DNA of 63,879 nt, filler included, from Reclinomonas americana ATCC 50394 (GCA_048213135.1; 5 parts of 3 records of this genome joined end to end with filler, not necessarily neighbours in it), one strand, 5' to 3'; positions 1 to 14,000 are shown, counted from the whole stretch's first letter. Made by a program: numbers and translations. Notes: a model not told the origin generated them from the sequence alone.

Positions 1-397
1 GTCAACGCGGCATCGTCCTCCACATACTCGGTCTCCAGCTCGTGCTCGAGTCGCTCGACTTCTGCCTTGCAGCGGTCCCGCGTGGCCGACAGCTCTCTGA
101 TGTCGGCCTGCTGGCGTTGCACGTCGGCGAGCTGTTTGGTGAGTGTCTTGGCCGACTGGCGCAAGGCCTCGATTTGATCCTGCACATTTGCAGTGAGCGT
201 CACTGAAAGGCGTGGGGACTTGGAGTTTTTCGCCGCACGCAACTGCATTGTCTCCGAGCTGCTGCGTAATGGTCTCGACGGTGACTTTTTCGCCCTGTAG
301 CTGGCGCGTCAGTTGCTCCTTGTGCTCGCGGTGTGTGCGCGTGACGGCCAGGTCGGTGTTGGCCACTTTCATCTCCTTGGTCATGTCGTCGGCGTGT
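1..397 (-). CDS. RAD50: RAD50 coiled-coil segment (two exons) in inverted orientation relative to the rest of the gene
   Basis: The minus strand spliced over a GT-AG intron (243..180) reads HADDMTKEMKVANTDLAVTRTHREHKEQL...GDNA|DQIEALRQ...EYVEDDAAL. Its last bases (ttg ac) join position 647 (g agc atc) in frame with the + strand RAD50 exon. Confidence 0.75.
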
Positions 398-646
398 NNN
401 NNNNNNNNNNNNNNNNNNNNNNNNNNNNNNNNNNNNNNNNNNNNNNNNNNNNNNNNNNNNNNNNNNNNNNNNNNNNNNNNNNNNNNNNNNNNNNNNNNNN
501 NNNNNNNNNNNNNNNNNNNNNNNNNNNNNNNNNNNNNNNNNNNNNNNNNNNNNNNNNNNNNNNNNNNNNNNNNNNNNNNNNNNNNNNNNNNNNNNNNNNN
601 NNNNNNNNNNNNNNNNNNNNNNNNNNNNNNNNNNNNNNNNNNNNNN

Positions 647-1151
647 GAGCATCCTCGACACGTTCGCTCAGCGCTGTGAGGCTCTCGAGGAGAGGCTGAT
701 GGCCAGTGAGGCCGAGCTGCCGCGCTTGCAGACCAAAGTCGACAATGCGAATGCACTGATGCAGAAGGCGTTTCTGGATAGCCAGTCACTGGCTCTGTTG
801 AGCAAGCAGGTGGCGGCAAAGGTGTGCGATGTGTGTGAGGTTTCACTTCTGGCAAGTCTTTGTTTCCTGTTCCCCTCAGTTTTTCTTTCACACTCTCTGT
901 AACTCTTTTCTCTCCCTAGTTTCTGTTGCCTTTCTCTTTCTCTGTATCCTTTTTCCTCTTTCTCTCTCTCTCTCTCTTGTTGTGAACTTGGATAAGTTGT
1001 TGCCCGGTGCTGCCTCTCGTTAATCCTTCAATCTCTCGCGGCTTGGATCTCTTCCACCTGCTCTACGATTCGCTGTGCTTGCTCTGTTTTCTCTTCTTTC
1101 CTCTTTGCTTTGCCCTGTATCTTTCTCTACTCTCTCTGTCTCTCTGTCTCT

Positions 1152-1206
<55 letters not shown>

Positions 1207-4035
1207 TCTCTCTCTCTCTCTCTGGTCTTCCCTGCACTCACAGAGTCTCCTCTCAGAACCGATCTCAATCAACCTCTGTTGCTTACTCCCTTCCCCCTTC
1301 CCCCTTTCCCCCCTTCCCTCTCACAGGAGGCCGAGTTCGACAACCACATGCGTGATCTCGCCATGCAACGCCACCTCAGCGACAAGCTCTCCCCGCTGCT
1401 GGAGCGCTCCTCCACCAGGTTGGTTGACTCTTTCTCTCTCGTCTTTTTCTTTGTTGGTAACTTTGACGCCAGTCGTGAGCAACTGCTGGCGGCCGTGCGC
1501 GAGCGCCTGGACGAATTGCGCAGCAAGGGCACCGAGCTGGTGGCCAAGAACCGCACCGACCTGACGCGCCTCAACGAGCAGATTCAACGCTGCGAGGTCG
1601 AGCTCAGCAGTCAGCGCGCCGTGCAGGGCCAGTTGAAGGAGCAGCAGGTTCCGTCATCACTTGTCTTCACCTCGCACTCTTCATCTCTTCCCATTCCCAC
1701 CTCTCTCCCTCTCTCTCTATCTTTCTGTCTCGCTTCCACTCACTCCTCCTTGTCGCAGCGAGTGGTCCGCGACCGTCTCTCTGCGCGCCAGTCCCAGATG
1801 CACTCCATCACCACATCGGAGCGGGCGTTGGAGGAGGCCAAGCGCATTCTCAAAACGCGCACAGAGGCCATTTGCACGGCCGATCAGCACTTGCAGGAGA
1901 GCAAAGTGGCGGAGCGGCGCGAACAGTTGCGCTCCCCGCGTTGCGCATCGCCTGTCACGCTCTCCGCTCACACACACGCACGCAACGCAGAATCACACAG
2001 CGTCAGGTCCAACTGCGCAAAAGCTTGCAGCAGCTGAACGACGAACTGCGAATGCGTGAGGAGGAACAGGAGCAGGGCATTCGCCTGAAGATGGAGCAGG
2101 AGCAAGCGGCCAGCCGGCAGGCACAGTTGCTGGAGCTGGAGCGAGAGTTCCGAGTTGCGTCACAGGGACTGTTTACTGATGCAGTTGCTGGTGTTGACCT
2201 TTCCGTGATCCTGCAGACCAAGGCCGCCACGCGCAATGTCCGAATCCGTGCCGACGACTTTATCACCAGCATCACCGATGCGGTGGCGCTGGCGACGCGG
2301 TCTCTGGGTGATGCGAATGCGGAGCTGACGGAGGTGCGGATTGAGGAGTAATAGGCGTAGACGAGAGTTCCTCTTTCTCTCCTCTCTCACCCCCTCCCCA
2401 CCCCCTTCCCCTCTCCGCAGGCCACCCGCAACTACACGCAAAAGGACATCATGCTCACCCGCGAGCGTGAGCAACTGGCGCGACTGCACGCGGAGCGCGA
2501 ACGCACCGCCGCCGAAATCCGCGAGGTGTGCCCCGATGGCGACGTGGAGTCCGCATGCAAGGCTGCCAGAGACAGCCTGGACAAGGCCAACAAGTTTCGT
2601 GTGCCTCTTTGCCGACGTGCAATGCATAGTACTCTTCCTCATTCTGTTCTGCAGGAAAAAGCTGAAGCTCGACATGCTCGAGTCGCAGAATGCCGCGTGG
2701 CGTGAGTCCGCCGACCACCACAACCGATGTGATGTGTGCCGGCGCGACTTTCATGGCGACGAAGAGAAAAAGGCGTTTGTCAGCAGGGTAAGTTTCCGAG
2801 GACAAGTGAGCGAGAGAGAGAGAGTCTTTGTATTCATCATTTCTCTTCTCTCTCACGCAGTGCACGTCGCGCATCGAAAAAGCGCCAAAGAAGCGAGAGG
2901 CGAACAGGGCTGCCGTGGCGCGAGAGGACGCGCGAGTGACAGCGCTGCAGCGGTTGCTGCCGCAGAGCGCAAGGGTGCGACCGCGCGCAGTATCCTTCTC
3001 CTTTTGCTGTTTCTCACCCTTCTCCTTGCGTCACGCAGCTGCACGAGATTGAGCAGGTCGACATTCCGCGCTGCACGTCGGCGGTCGACACGCTGGAGGA
3101 GGAGGTCGGAACACTGCGCCGTCAAGTCAACCGTCTCACCGACGTGCTGCAGGAATGCAAGGTATGTGGATTTGTTTGTATCGTTCCTCTCATCTCTCAC
3201 TCTCTGTCTCCTCGACAGTCTGTGTTCTCCGCCCCTCGCGCTCCACTTTTCTGATTTGGACCTTATGTATCCACTCCTGTCTTATTTCTTTCACTTTCTT
3301 TCTCTCTTGCCTTGATTCTCTCGCTTGCTTCCTTACTCCTCTCCATGTCCCTCATGCCAAGCTTCCCTCTGCTTTCTTTCTCTCTTGCCTTGCTTCTCTC
3401 GCTTACTTCCTTACTCCTCCCCATTTCCCTCATGTCAAGCTTCCCTCTTCCCCCTCGCTGTTCTCATTCAATGGTGCACAGGACCGCGTGGCCGGCGTTG
3501 AGTCTCTGCGAGCGGATGCAGTGCAACTGGAGGGCCTGCGGGCCGACGTCATTGTCGCCACGGAGAATGCCAGCAAGCTGCAGTCGCAGCTGAGTCGGTC
3601 GAGTGGATCGCGGTCGTATGACGAGCTGCAACGACAGCGCGATGAGTTGCAGGCTGAGAGGTTTGGTCGTGCGCGGTCAGAGCTTTCTCTTCCTCTCTCC
3701 TTCCTTCCTGACTCCTCGCCACAGTGACAAGCTGGCATTCGAGCTGCAGCAACTGCAGCAACGATACGACGGTCTCAACGCTGAGCTGCAGAACGCCACA
3801 CAGGCGGCGAGTGAGCAACGCGAGCGAGTGAATCAGCTGACGGCCGATTTCCAGCGCCTGAAGGAGTTGGAGGTGGAGGTGGAGCGCGATCAGCTGGAGC
3901 TGGACACACTCACGCGCAAATACGAGGAGAGCGAGGCGCGGTGTCAGCCGCTACAAGGAGACGTGCGCAAGCACACTGAGGTGCGGGGTGCTGCTGATGC
4001 TGTGAGGTCACATTTCGATCGTCACCAATCATCGC

Positions 4036-4079
<44 letters not shown>

Positions 4080-5904
4080 GAGCGCGACAGGAAGCAGCGC
4101 GAGAACGTGGCGAGTGAGCGCGAGGTGCAGCAAATGTACTCTGACGTTCAGAAAATGGAGGCCAAGACCAGCGCGCTGCTCGCCGATATTACCAGGTTGC
4201 GTGCCAGCGCCCGTTTCGCATTCTTTTTTCATCCCCTCATGTCTCTCTCTTCTCTCGCCAGTGTGCGAAAGCAATGCACTCCACAGTTGCTGGCCGACTC
4301 GGCGGCTCGTGTCGAGGAGCAGGGCGCCAAGTACGAGGCCTGCAAGGCCGAACTGACCAAGCTGACTGACGACATTGCCAACTGTCGTCAGCAGCTGAAC
4401 AGCAGCCAGTTGAACAAGGTGAGCTGTGGGCAGGAGCCGCCGTGATCCTTGTTTGCTGGTGTACCCTCACATTCTTCGCACAGCGCACCATCCACGACAC
4501 TCTTCTGTTGCGGAAGAAGAAGAGCGAGCAGGCCGAGTGCGAGGAGCGGCTGAAGTTGGCCACTGGCAAACTGCTGGCCACCAATGTCGACCGGCTCAAG
4601 TCGGATGTCGACGATGCGCAGCGGAAGCTGAGGGAGATGGAAAACAATGTTGCGTGTGTACGCCTGTGTTTCAGTACGCGCGACGTGGCCTCTCACTCCT
4701 TCAGTCTCTGTGTGCAGGCCGCTCAACTGGAGGGCATGCGTCTCGCCACGCAGCAGCACATTACGTCGCTTGAGCGCGACCTGATGGTCGAAAAGTACCG
4801 GTACGCCGACCGCAACTTCCGCAACACGCTCATCAAGGTGCGCACCATCGAGGTGGCGGTGCGTGACCTGGAAAAGTACCGCGCTGCGTTGGAGAAGGTA
4901 TGTCGCCTTCCATCTCTACTTTCATTTTTCTCTCATGCTCACTTATCTTTTTCCCCCCAAGGTGATGCGTGCGTACCACGCCAACAAGATGCGTGAGATC
5001 AACCAAATCATCCGCGAGTTGTGGCAAAAGACGTACAAGGGCACCGACATTGAGTACATTGAGATTGTGTCGGACGCCGAGGCCACTGGCGGCAACAAGC
5101 GCAACTCGTTCAATTACCGCGTGGTGATGCACCGCGGTGGCGCAGCACTGGACATGCGCGGTCGATGCAGTGCCGGTCAGAAAGTGCTGGCCAGTTTGAT
5201 CATTCGCCTGGCGCTGGCGCAGGCGTTTTGCATTCAGTGTGGCGTGATTGCGCTGGACGAGCCGACCACGAATTTGGATGCGGACAATGTGGCCAGTTTG
5301 GCCGATGCGCTGCAGGCGTTGCGTGTGAGGGCGAAGAGGAGGGAGAGGGGAGAGAGGAGGGAGAGAAAAGGGGAGAGGGAGAGGGGGGAGAGGGAGAGGG
5401 AGAGGGAGAGGGAGAGGGGAGGAGCAGAGGAGAGAGGAGAGGAAAATAATGAAGAGAGAAAGAGTGAAAGAGTGAAAGAGTGAAAGGGGAAGTGAAGAGA
5501 GGAAAGAGAGAGAGAGAGAAAGAAAGAAAGAAAGCCAAGGATAGCCAGAAGGAGAAAGAGACAGAGCGCTTTATTTCTTTTCTCGGAGCTCATGCATTCT
5601 TCGTGCCTGCAGTATTGTGCGCGACCGGCTTCACCAAGGTGTGTGCTGCGCGCCACGTTCTCGATGTTTCCGCGTACTTATGATACTCGACGCAGCCAAC
5701 TTCCAGCTGATTGTCATTACGCACGACGAGGGCTTTGTGCAGCGTCTCGGCCGATCAGAGTGTTGCGTTTTGGTTGACGTGAGGGATGCACGTCGATGGT
5801 CACCGTCTTACATTCACTGTGCAGTCATCGACTCGTACTATCGCGTGTCGCGTGATCCGGCCACTCAGCACTCGGTGATCGAGAGGCAGAACTTTATGAT
5901 ATAA
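647..5904 (+). CDS. RAD50: DNA repair protein RAD50 (N-terminus missing; about 18 exons here)
   Basis: Long coiled coil with zinc hook CDVC (~2728), signature [12 protein letters not shown], Walker B/D-loop [11 protein letters not shown] and H-loop [10 protein letters not shown]; stop TAA 5902-5904. Approximate exons: 647-821, 1327-1418, 1473-1647, 1759-1925, 1991-2333, 2421-2593, 2655-2787, 2861-2974, 3039-3161, 3482-3660, 3725-3980, 4080-4195, 4262-4418, 4484-4648, 4718-4897, 4962-5317, 5613-5638, 5696-5761, 5825-5904. Confidence 0.97.
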
Positions 5905-6329
5905 TGAGGCTCAGTGTACATTGTTCACCGATGTATCGATGTGGTCGGTGGACAGCAAAAGAGTCCCGTGCTTTGTTGTCCTTTGTATCTCTACAACTGG
6001 AAATGGCGGTGACACGTCATAACATATGTTAGCGATGTTAACGATCTTGACCTGCATGCTCGCTGCTGGTTGACATCGTCCAGCACCTGTTAGCACATGC
6101 CAGTCAACTCCATGGAATGGTGGTCTCCGAAGCCGCGAGCACCCAAGGAGCAGGAGAAGGGCTTTTCAGTGTATGTGACGAGAAGGTGCACATCAACCAT
6201 GTCACGCAAGTGAGTGCATAAGCGTCACAGAGTGGTGGTAGTGGGTGCCCATGACCTCCTGTGTCGGTCTGAGTGTCACACGACCATTCCTCATTGCACA
6301 AAAGAGCGCGCGCTCTCTCTCTCTCTGTC

Positions 6330-7383
6330 ATGTCGATGTCGACCATCTTTGCGTGGTCAAAGGTCAAGAAACAGCAGCCCGTCGCTGAGCGCGACAATGC
6401 GCTCTGGCAGAGCATCCGCCACGCACTAGCAGCGCTGACACCGCCAGTCAACGACCGCGTCGGTGGAAAAATTGGACGTGCATACATTGGCAAGATCAGA
6501 AGGTGCTTGCTGCGGCATGCGCGGCTGCTGGAGTCACCAGTGAGCGGATCAAGATGGAGGTCAACCTCCGCAAGGCGATGCAGAAGAAGTGCGTCGACAT
6601 CTTTTCCAACACCGACTTTTACTTCATCCGGTCGATCGCGACGGCCGTCGACGTTGATCTGTCTCTCTCACACACCACGCACTGTGCTGTTGGTTGCTGC
6701 CTGCGTCTGTACGTGTGTCTGTACGTGTGTGCGTGTGTGTGCATGTTCGTCGTGTTTGTGGGTGTCCGTGCAATGCAGACAGAAAAGCGCAGACCGCGCT
6801 GGTGAACAGAGCGAGTGTGGCAAACGCCGCGTCGTTCATGGCTGTCCAGCAAGTCGTGCTCGGTACTCTACACCGCGCAAATCTCCTGGTACATCTTCTT
6901 TACTTGTGCCACCATTCATTCTCTCGACAGCCAATGTCTCACGCGACGACAGTGACTTCTGGCGCGATGTCTGCGCTTTTGTTGCCAGCCTCTCGGGCGC
7001 AAGAGACGACACCATCGCCGCCACCGCCGCCGCCACCGCCGCCACCGCCACCACCAGTTGCAACACCGACTGCTCTGGCACCACCGACACCAGATGCATC
7101 GTCGGCATGTTCAGCAGTGACATCATCTCGTGCCGTGGAGACACAAGATGCATCAACGCCATCACCGCCGACTGTCTCAAGTGACGCCAGCTGCTTCAAT
7201 GCCAGCACAGCCAGCGGCCCCAGTTTTACAGCCACAGCCACAGCCACCAGGCTGCAGCAGGCTCTGCTGCGGTGGTACCACCTCCACGACCGCCGGCGAC
7301 ACCACTTCAGCGATGACAATGGTGCAGTTGACTACGGTCCTGCTCTTGCAGATGCACAGCAGAAGCAGCATCAGCAGGAATAG
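6330..7383 (+). CDS. Hypothetical, possibly degenerate, protein inside the TIR element
   Basis: Protein-like ORF segments MSTIFAWSKVKKQQPVAERDNALWQSIR..., MEVNLRKAMQKKCVDIF... and a Pro/Thr-rich tail ending at TAG 7383. Splicing not resolved. Confidence 0.35.
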
Positions 7384-7719
7384 CACAGCAGCAACAACCT
7401 CAACAATAGCAGCGCTGCTGTGGCAACAACGACGCCGCCACCACCATCACCACCACCCCCACCCCACCACCACCACCACAACAACAACAACAACGTGTGC
7501 AACAACAGCAACAGCAGCGACAAGTTGCCCTCGTCTCACCCGCTTTCATCTCCTCCTCCTCATCCACCACATGTACCTCACGTCGACCACCACCGACGTA
7601 CTCCGATATACTCGAGAGCAGCGCTACTTCAGCATGTCGCGAGCGTGGAAGTGCGTAATTATAAGCACCAGTGTATGTGTGTGTGCACGCGCGCGTGTGT
7701 GTGTGTGTGTATGCATGTA

Positions 7720-7809
<90 letters not shown>

Positions 7810-8303
7810 GTCGTCNNNNNNNNNNNNNNNNNNNNNNNNNNNNNNNNNNNNNNNNNNNNNNNNNNNNNNNNNNNNNNNNNNNNNNNNNNNNNNNNNNNNN
7901 NNNNNNNNNNNNNNNNNNNNNNNNNNNNNNNNNNNNNNNNNNNNNNNNNNNNNNNNNNNNNNNNNNNNNNNNNNNNNNNNNNNNNNNNNNNNNNNNNNNN
8001 NNNNNNNNNNNNNNNNNNNNNNNNNNNNNNNNNNNNNNNNNNNNNNNNNNNNNNNNNNNNNNNNNNNNNNNNNNNNNNNNNNNNNNNNNNNNNNNNNNNN
8101 NNNNNNNNNNNNNNNNNNNNNNNNNNNNNNNNNNNNNNNNNNNNNNNNNNNNNNNNNNNNNNNNNNNNNNNNNNNNNNNNNNNNNNNNNNNNNNNNNNNN
8201 NNNNNNNNNNNNNNNNNNNNNNNNNNNNNNNNNNNNNNNNNNNNNNNNNNNNNNNNNNNNNNNNNNNNNNNNNNNNNNNNNNNNNNNNNNNNNNNNNNNN
8301 NNN

Positions 8304-9290
8304 GGAGATCGGAGCCGGCGACGAGCGTGATCGAGAACACTACGAGGCGCGACCCTCACGACGACTGCTGTTCGCTGAGTCGCCGATTCGCGCTGCGTTG
8401 AACGTTCGGCCGCCGGCCAAGGTGGCTCTGCAAGGTGCGCGGTTGTTACCGCTCGCCGGAGGAGCCGGCGTCAAGTGAGTTGTCTCCCAGCATGTTTTTT
8501 ATGTGATGCTGAACGACGGCAACTTGCTGTTGTGGTTGCTGAAGTCCTTCATGTTTCTTGCAGCCGTGCGTTCGGCATCACGACTCACTGTTCAGTGGGC
8601 GGGAGGCATCACCGTCGGTGGCGTGGTGGAGTTTGTGCCCGTCGGCGGGCAACCGAGAATGCTGTTGGTCGAGGCCATTGTTGACGACGTTGCTTCGCAG
8701 CAGCAGCACGCGAAGCGAGAGGCCTGGGTGGTGGGCAAGGTGGGCCAAGTGTCCAGCAGTCCGCTGTTTGACGGCAGTCGCTGCACGCTGCGTGTGGTGC
8801 GGTTCAGTCCGGAAGAGCCGTCGATACGAGTGCCATTGTTGCAAATTCTCCGCGCGGTGCACGTCTCTCACCGCTGCAACGAGGCACCCAGTGCATGTTG
8901 CTACCGCGAGGGTGGCGCTGCACCACTGCGTGTGGAGAGCAAGACGATTGGGGCCAAGCTCGGCGTTGTCCTCGACTGCCGGCCTCTGAGTAACATGTCG
9001 TTTGACATCAACGACTTTTGTTACGGCCAGTACCAGGCCACCATGATCGGCGCAGCCGCAGTGTACGCAGTAAATGCATCACCACCGCCTGCGCTCGTCC
9101 ACGTACTTGTGGCCACACACTCCTCCTCGGGCTCCGCAGTGAGACAAGTCGACATTGTGCGTGTGGGTCGACTTTCTTCCGACAGTGCACCACTGAGTGC
9201 GCGTGAGCGCCTGTGTGGCAGTGGTGCTACTGTACATGGCAGACGCACACCAGCGCGTCGTGGTGCGCGACAACTTGATACGAGAGTCGA
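8304..9290 (+). CDS. Hypothetical protein fragment inside the TIR element; possible transposase C-terminal region
   Basis: Open frame ...VPLLQILRAVHVSHRCNEAPSACC...; the His/Cys motif loosely recalls C-termini of EnSpm/Plavaka-like transposon proteins (from memory). Bounded by N gaps. Confidence 0.35.
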
Positions 9291-11029
9291 NNNNNNNNNN
9301 NNNNNNNNNNTGGCTGTGTACAGAAGCAAGCGGCTGCTGTGCTGCGCGTGGGGTGTTTGGCTCGCGAATCGGATGTCAACACATGTCAGCCGCGAGGAGA
9401 TGACGTGTCACTGCACTGGAACGACATGTTCTGAGCACTCCGGAGTACTCGCGGTACAGTTACTAACTGCAAGAAGCACATGTCAAGGGGGTCATGTCAA
9501 CGTGATGTTAGTGGGACATCGCTTGACATATGTCATGACGTGTCAGGTCCATTTGCAGCTGTAGCATTTTCATATCGAATGAGCGAGGAGACAGAGGGCT
9601 TTGGCGAAACAGGCGACTTTGAAGATGGTCCGTGGTGGTTGTTTGCACTCTCTCTCACTCTCTTCTTTCCTGCTGACGATCATGTGTTCTGCAGGCCTGT
9701 TCAACTGCTTTTCCAACTGCAAGGTCTCTCTCCCTCTCTCTCTCTCACGCTCTCTCTGCCTTTCACTCACTCTCCCCATGCAATGTGCAGCTGTGCGCGT
9801 GGGGCACATGCTGCCCGTGTCTCCTGCAGGTGCGCGTACATTATCACCCGCTACATTGTGCGTTCGAATGCGCCGTCATCATCCTGCATTCTTCGCACAC
9901 CTGCAGTGTGAGACTTGCTGGGTGGACCTCGACCACTCCTTGTGTCGAGTGACAGAGTGGTTTGGCCTGTGTCCCGGCGCTCGTGAGACGTGCTGCAGCC
10001 GGCCCTCGTGTTCGTACTGCTGCAGTGTGTTCCCTTCAAAGTGCGCCGCTTTGCTGTATCCTGGATGTGAGCACTGGAGTGATTCGCCCGTTCCCTCTTG
10101 TGTGTGCATGAGCAGAGACCATGGCTGCAGTGTGGGTGGCGATGAGGCGCCGTTGGTGCTGCTGTATGGCGCGGTGAGTTTGCTCGTTATCGGCTCGCGT
10201 TATCGTGAGCACAGGCGACTCATGTGCGCTGCAGTGCTGGATTGCTTGCATCCCGTGCATCGAGTTCTGTGCGATTCGACGGAAAATGCGTCGAAAGCTC
10301 CACTGTTTCGTCGGTGCCAAGGGCCATCTTCGCTGCTGTATCGATTTTTCTCATCGCGATCGGTTTCACGCATACAGATGCCCCGAACAACCTGCGTGCG
10401 TCCCTCTCCTGTGCCCAATCAGCATTCCTCGTCATGCTTACATAGGTAGCACAACGCAGAGGACTGTGCGGCATCCTTTTGCTGCTGGGTACGATTCACA
10501 ACTGTTGCGCATGCTAGCTTTCAGGTGACATCTCACATTAGTTATTGTCGCTTTCGCAGCCATGCAGCGTATGCCAGGTAATGTCACTTCACATAATACT
10601 CCCCCGACTCTCAACTGACACACGCCACGCAGATGGCCCGAGTCGCCGCCGCGAAAATCCCGCCAAAAGTTGCCAAAAATCGGCAATTTCGCGCGCCTCA
10701 TGTGTCTCCATTTGCTCATCCTCTCCACTCCCTGCGCAGACACCCTCGACCACCGCTCAACCACAGAGCGTGGAGATGCAGACAGCATACAAGAGAGCAT
10801 GACACAGTTGGGCCGCCATTTTTGTCACTCATTTATAAAAGCGAACACGCGCGCCCAAGCCAGTTTCTCCGACGCTGCTGGCTCTCTATGAGCGCGGAAC
10901 ATTTGTGGAAGAGCCCAAGTACGATTATCGCTTTTGTTGAGCGCAGGCAACACACTTGCACTGTGCGCTCTTCAACTCAAGCACTCCTTTCTCTCTCTTT
11001 TTTTCTCTTTTGTTTTGCTCCGACACACG

Positions 11030-14000
11030 ATGGCGATAAGACACTTTCTCGTCCCGTTGTTCGTCCTCACTTTGTTTGCTGTGTTTGCCACGGGTGAGTG
11101 CACTGCTGAGCGTGTGAGAGAGTGAGAGAGACAAAGTGTGCTCACTGGTGCTTGTGCTGCAGCTGTGGCCTCGCGATGCTCCTCTGACGATCAGTGCAAT
11201 GCTCCTCATGGTGAGTTTCAGCAGACGCGGGTGGCAGGCAGAGTGATGGAGGAGAGGGAGAGAAGGAGAGAGAAGGAGAGAAGAGAGAGCAGGCTTGGGA
11301 CGAGGTCACTCCTCACCCTTCTCCTCATGTGCTTCTCCTCACACCCTTCTCCTCACACCCTTCTCCTCACACCCTTCTCCTCACACCCTTCTCCCCACAC
11401 CCTTCTCCCCACACCCTTCTCCCCACACCCTTCTCCCCACACCCTTCTCCCCACACCCTTCTCCCCACACCCTTCTCCTCACACCCTTCTCCCCACACCC
11501 TTCTCCTCACACCCTTCTCCTCACACCCTTCTCCTCACACCCTTCTCCTCACACCCTTCTCCTCACGCCCTTCTCCTCATACCCTTCTCCCCACACCCTT
11601 CTCCTCACGCCCTTCTCCTCACGCCCTTCTCCTCATACCCTTCTCCTCATACCCTTCCCCCACCCTCCTTCTCCTTACACCCCCCAGGTCGCTGTGTCGA
11701 CGGCATGTGCATGTGCACCAACCGCCTGGTCGGCGGCGAATCGTGCGAGTGCCACCCCGACATGACACACACGTGCCACTCGTACCCCTCGATCTACGCC
11801 GTGCCGACGGGCGATGGCACGCAAATGTGCGTCGACCTGGCCACCTGCATCAAGGCCAAGGGCGTGCTGATTGTGCCCGGCGAGCAACCGCCACCGCCGG
11901 TGGTGAAGGCTGCTGCGACTCCGACGTGCTCCTCCAACTCGCACTGCAATTACCCGTACGGCTCGTGTGTCGATGGGTGAGTTTCTTCACTCTTCCTCGC
12001 CCTGCTTCACTCTTATTTCTCATCGCCCTTTTCGTTTGCAGTGCATGCCGATGCCTCGGTCACCTTGTCGGTGGTGTGCACTGCCAGTGCCGCCCGACCA
12101 CGGATCCCACGCTGCGTTGCATGCGGCAGCCGGATGTGTACTCGGTGGCCGGCGTGTGCTCTGATCTGGCCGACTGTGTGGCGTGGACGGAGCGTGGTGT
12201 GTTGCCGGCGGCCATTCGTCCGCTTGACCCGTCGCGTGGAGAGGCGTGCTTGATCAACACCGACTGCGGTGCTCATGGTGCGTATGTGTGTGAGTTGCCT
12301 TCACACCCGCTTCCAACTTTCTCTAATCTCTCTTCCCCGACAGGCACGTGCAACAAGGATACTCGGTGAGTCCCCCCACATTACCTTCTCCATTTCGCCC
12401 CTCCCCCTGCTGACTCCTTTTGTGTTGCTGCGCAGCAAATGCATCTGCAACAACGCATCTGTTGGCGGCCGCCAGTGCGGGTGTGTTCCCGACGCGTCGA
12501 CCTGCCCCTCGGCACCGTCGTCGTACTTTGTGGCCGGAGAGTGTGTCTCGCTGCGCGAGTGCATCGCCACCAGGGATCCGCACCTGCATGTGGCCGACAT
12601 GGCGCCGACGCTGCTGCAAGTGCGCGTGACCGGTGTGACCACCACCGAGTTCAATCCGCTCGACGCCGTGGTGGTGTTTGAGTTGACAACGGGTGGCGGG
12701 TTCCGTGTGCCGGCCGCGTTCCCGGCCGGCGGCTACTCGCTCATCAACTACGGCGCCGGTGACTTGAGCATGGAGCCGGTGCACCGCGTGGAGTTGCCCG
12801 ACGCGCTCAGCGAGACCGAGGCCAGTTTCTCGAATGTGCTGGTGTCGGGTCGCAACCTGCTCGTCTTCTCCTACATGGACACGTTTGGTCGCCCGATTGT
12901 GCACCACACCACGGTCTGGGGCGGCACCAACACGGTCACGGTGCAGCTGGTGGTCGGCAGCGACGGCAAGGAGCTGTTTAATGAGTCCGCGCACGTGACG
13001 GTGACCATGTTTGACGAGAGCAGCATCACGGTCGGTCCGCTGCTGGTGACGACCGGCACGGTCACGGTGCACAATGTGCCGTCCACCAACATGTCGATTT
13101 ATGCCGAGTCGGCGACTGGTGGCGGCGTGTCGGGTCACTATGGTGGCGTGCCACGCAGCACCATGCAGGTGCGCATGTTGGGCTACCAGCAGCCGAGCAC
13201 CGAGGACAACAACAACTTGTCGCGCGCCGACATTGCTGGCTGGACGCCTTCGTCGCACGCGGCCGTGGCGGTTGCGGCGCACGTGGAGCTGTCGGACGAG
13301 CTGCCGCCGGACGGCATTGTTCGCCGCCACCCGCACGCCAGTCTGAGTGACATGCGTCGCGAGCGCTCCGAGGCGCACGCGGCGATTGGACCCATGCCTG
13401 CCATGCCGAGCCATCACGCCGACCACTACGACACGCACCTTGACCTGGACCTGATGGCCAACACCAACTACGACGTGCACCTGTCGACCAGCTCGAGCTT
13501 CTCGGAGCAGACGCTCACGCGCGCCTTTGTGACCAAGCCGAAGACCACCTCGGTGCAAGTGCGCTACCGCTTTGTGACGCTCGAGTACACCTCGTTCTTC
13601 GGCACCGCCTTCAACGACTACTATCGCGTCCAGCTGCGCTCGCACCGCAACGACGACGAGGTGGTGGACAGTCGCAGCCTGAACTCGCTCGGCGCCTCGG
13701 CCTTCTCGGTGGCCCGTTTGCGCGACTCGGTCTTTGTCGGCTACACGTCGTGGATGGTGCTGGAGTTGCCGGTGGCTGGTGGCGACGCCGTGCAGCTCGA
13801 CGTGACGGTGTCGAACGTGTCGGACAACCTGTACGATTCGCGGGTGGAGATCGACTATGTGCGCGAAANNNNNNNNNNNNNNNNNNNNNNNNNNNNNNNN
13901 NNNNNNNNNNNNNNNNNNNNNNNNNNNNNNNNNNNNNNNNNNNNNNNNNNNNNNNNNNNNNNNNNNNNNNNNNNNNNNNNNNNNNNNNNNNNNNNNNNNN

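Larger units (their letters stand above)
5994..9561. mobile_element. Putative DNA transposon with ~45-bp imperfect terminal inverted repeats and TA on both flanks
   Basis: Left end caactggaaatggcggtgacacgtcataacatatgt vs reverse complement of right end cagctgcaaatggacctgacacgtcatgacatatgt: 30/36 identical, then a shared agcgatgt. TA at 5992-5993 and 9562-9563. Subterminal regions are rich in TGACA/ACATGT motifs. Confidence 0.7.

Noticed and set aside
647-5904. Stop-codon reassignment or non-GT introns as the cause of fragmented ORFs
   Set aside because: Every break examined is resolved by GT-AG introns under the standard code.
9580-10445. Possible BED-finger/hAT relic (minus strand W...F...CTGC)
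   Set aside because: Only a loose motif broken by stops; no termini or catalytic motifs found.
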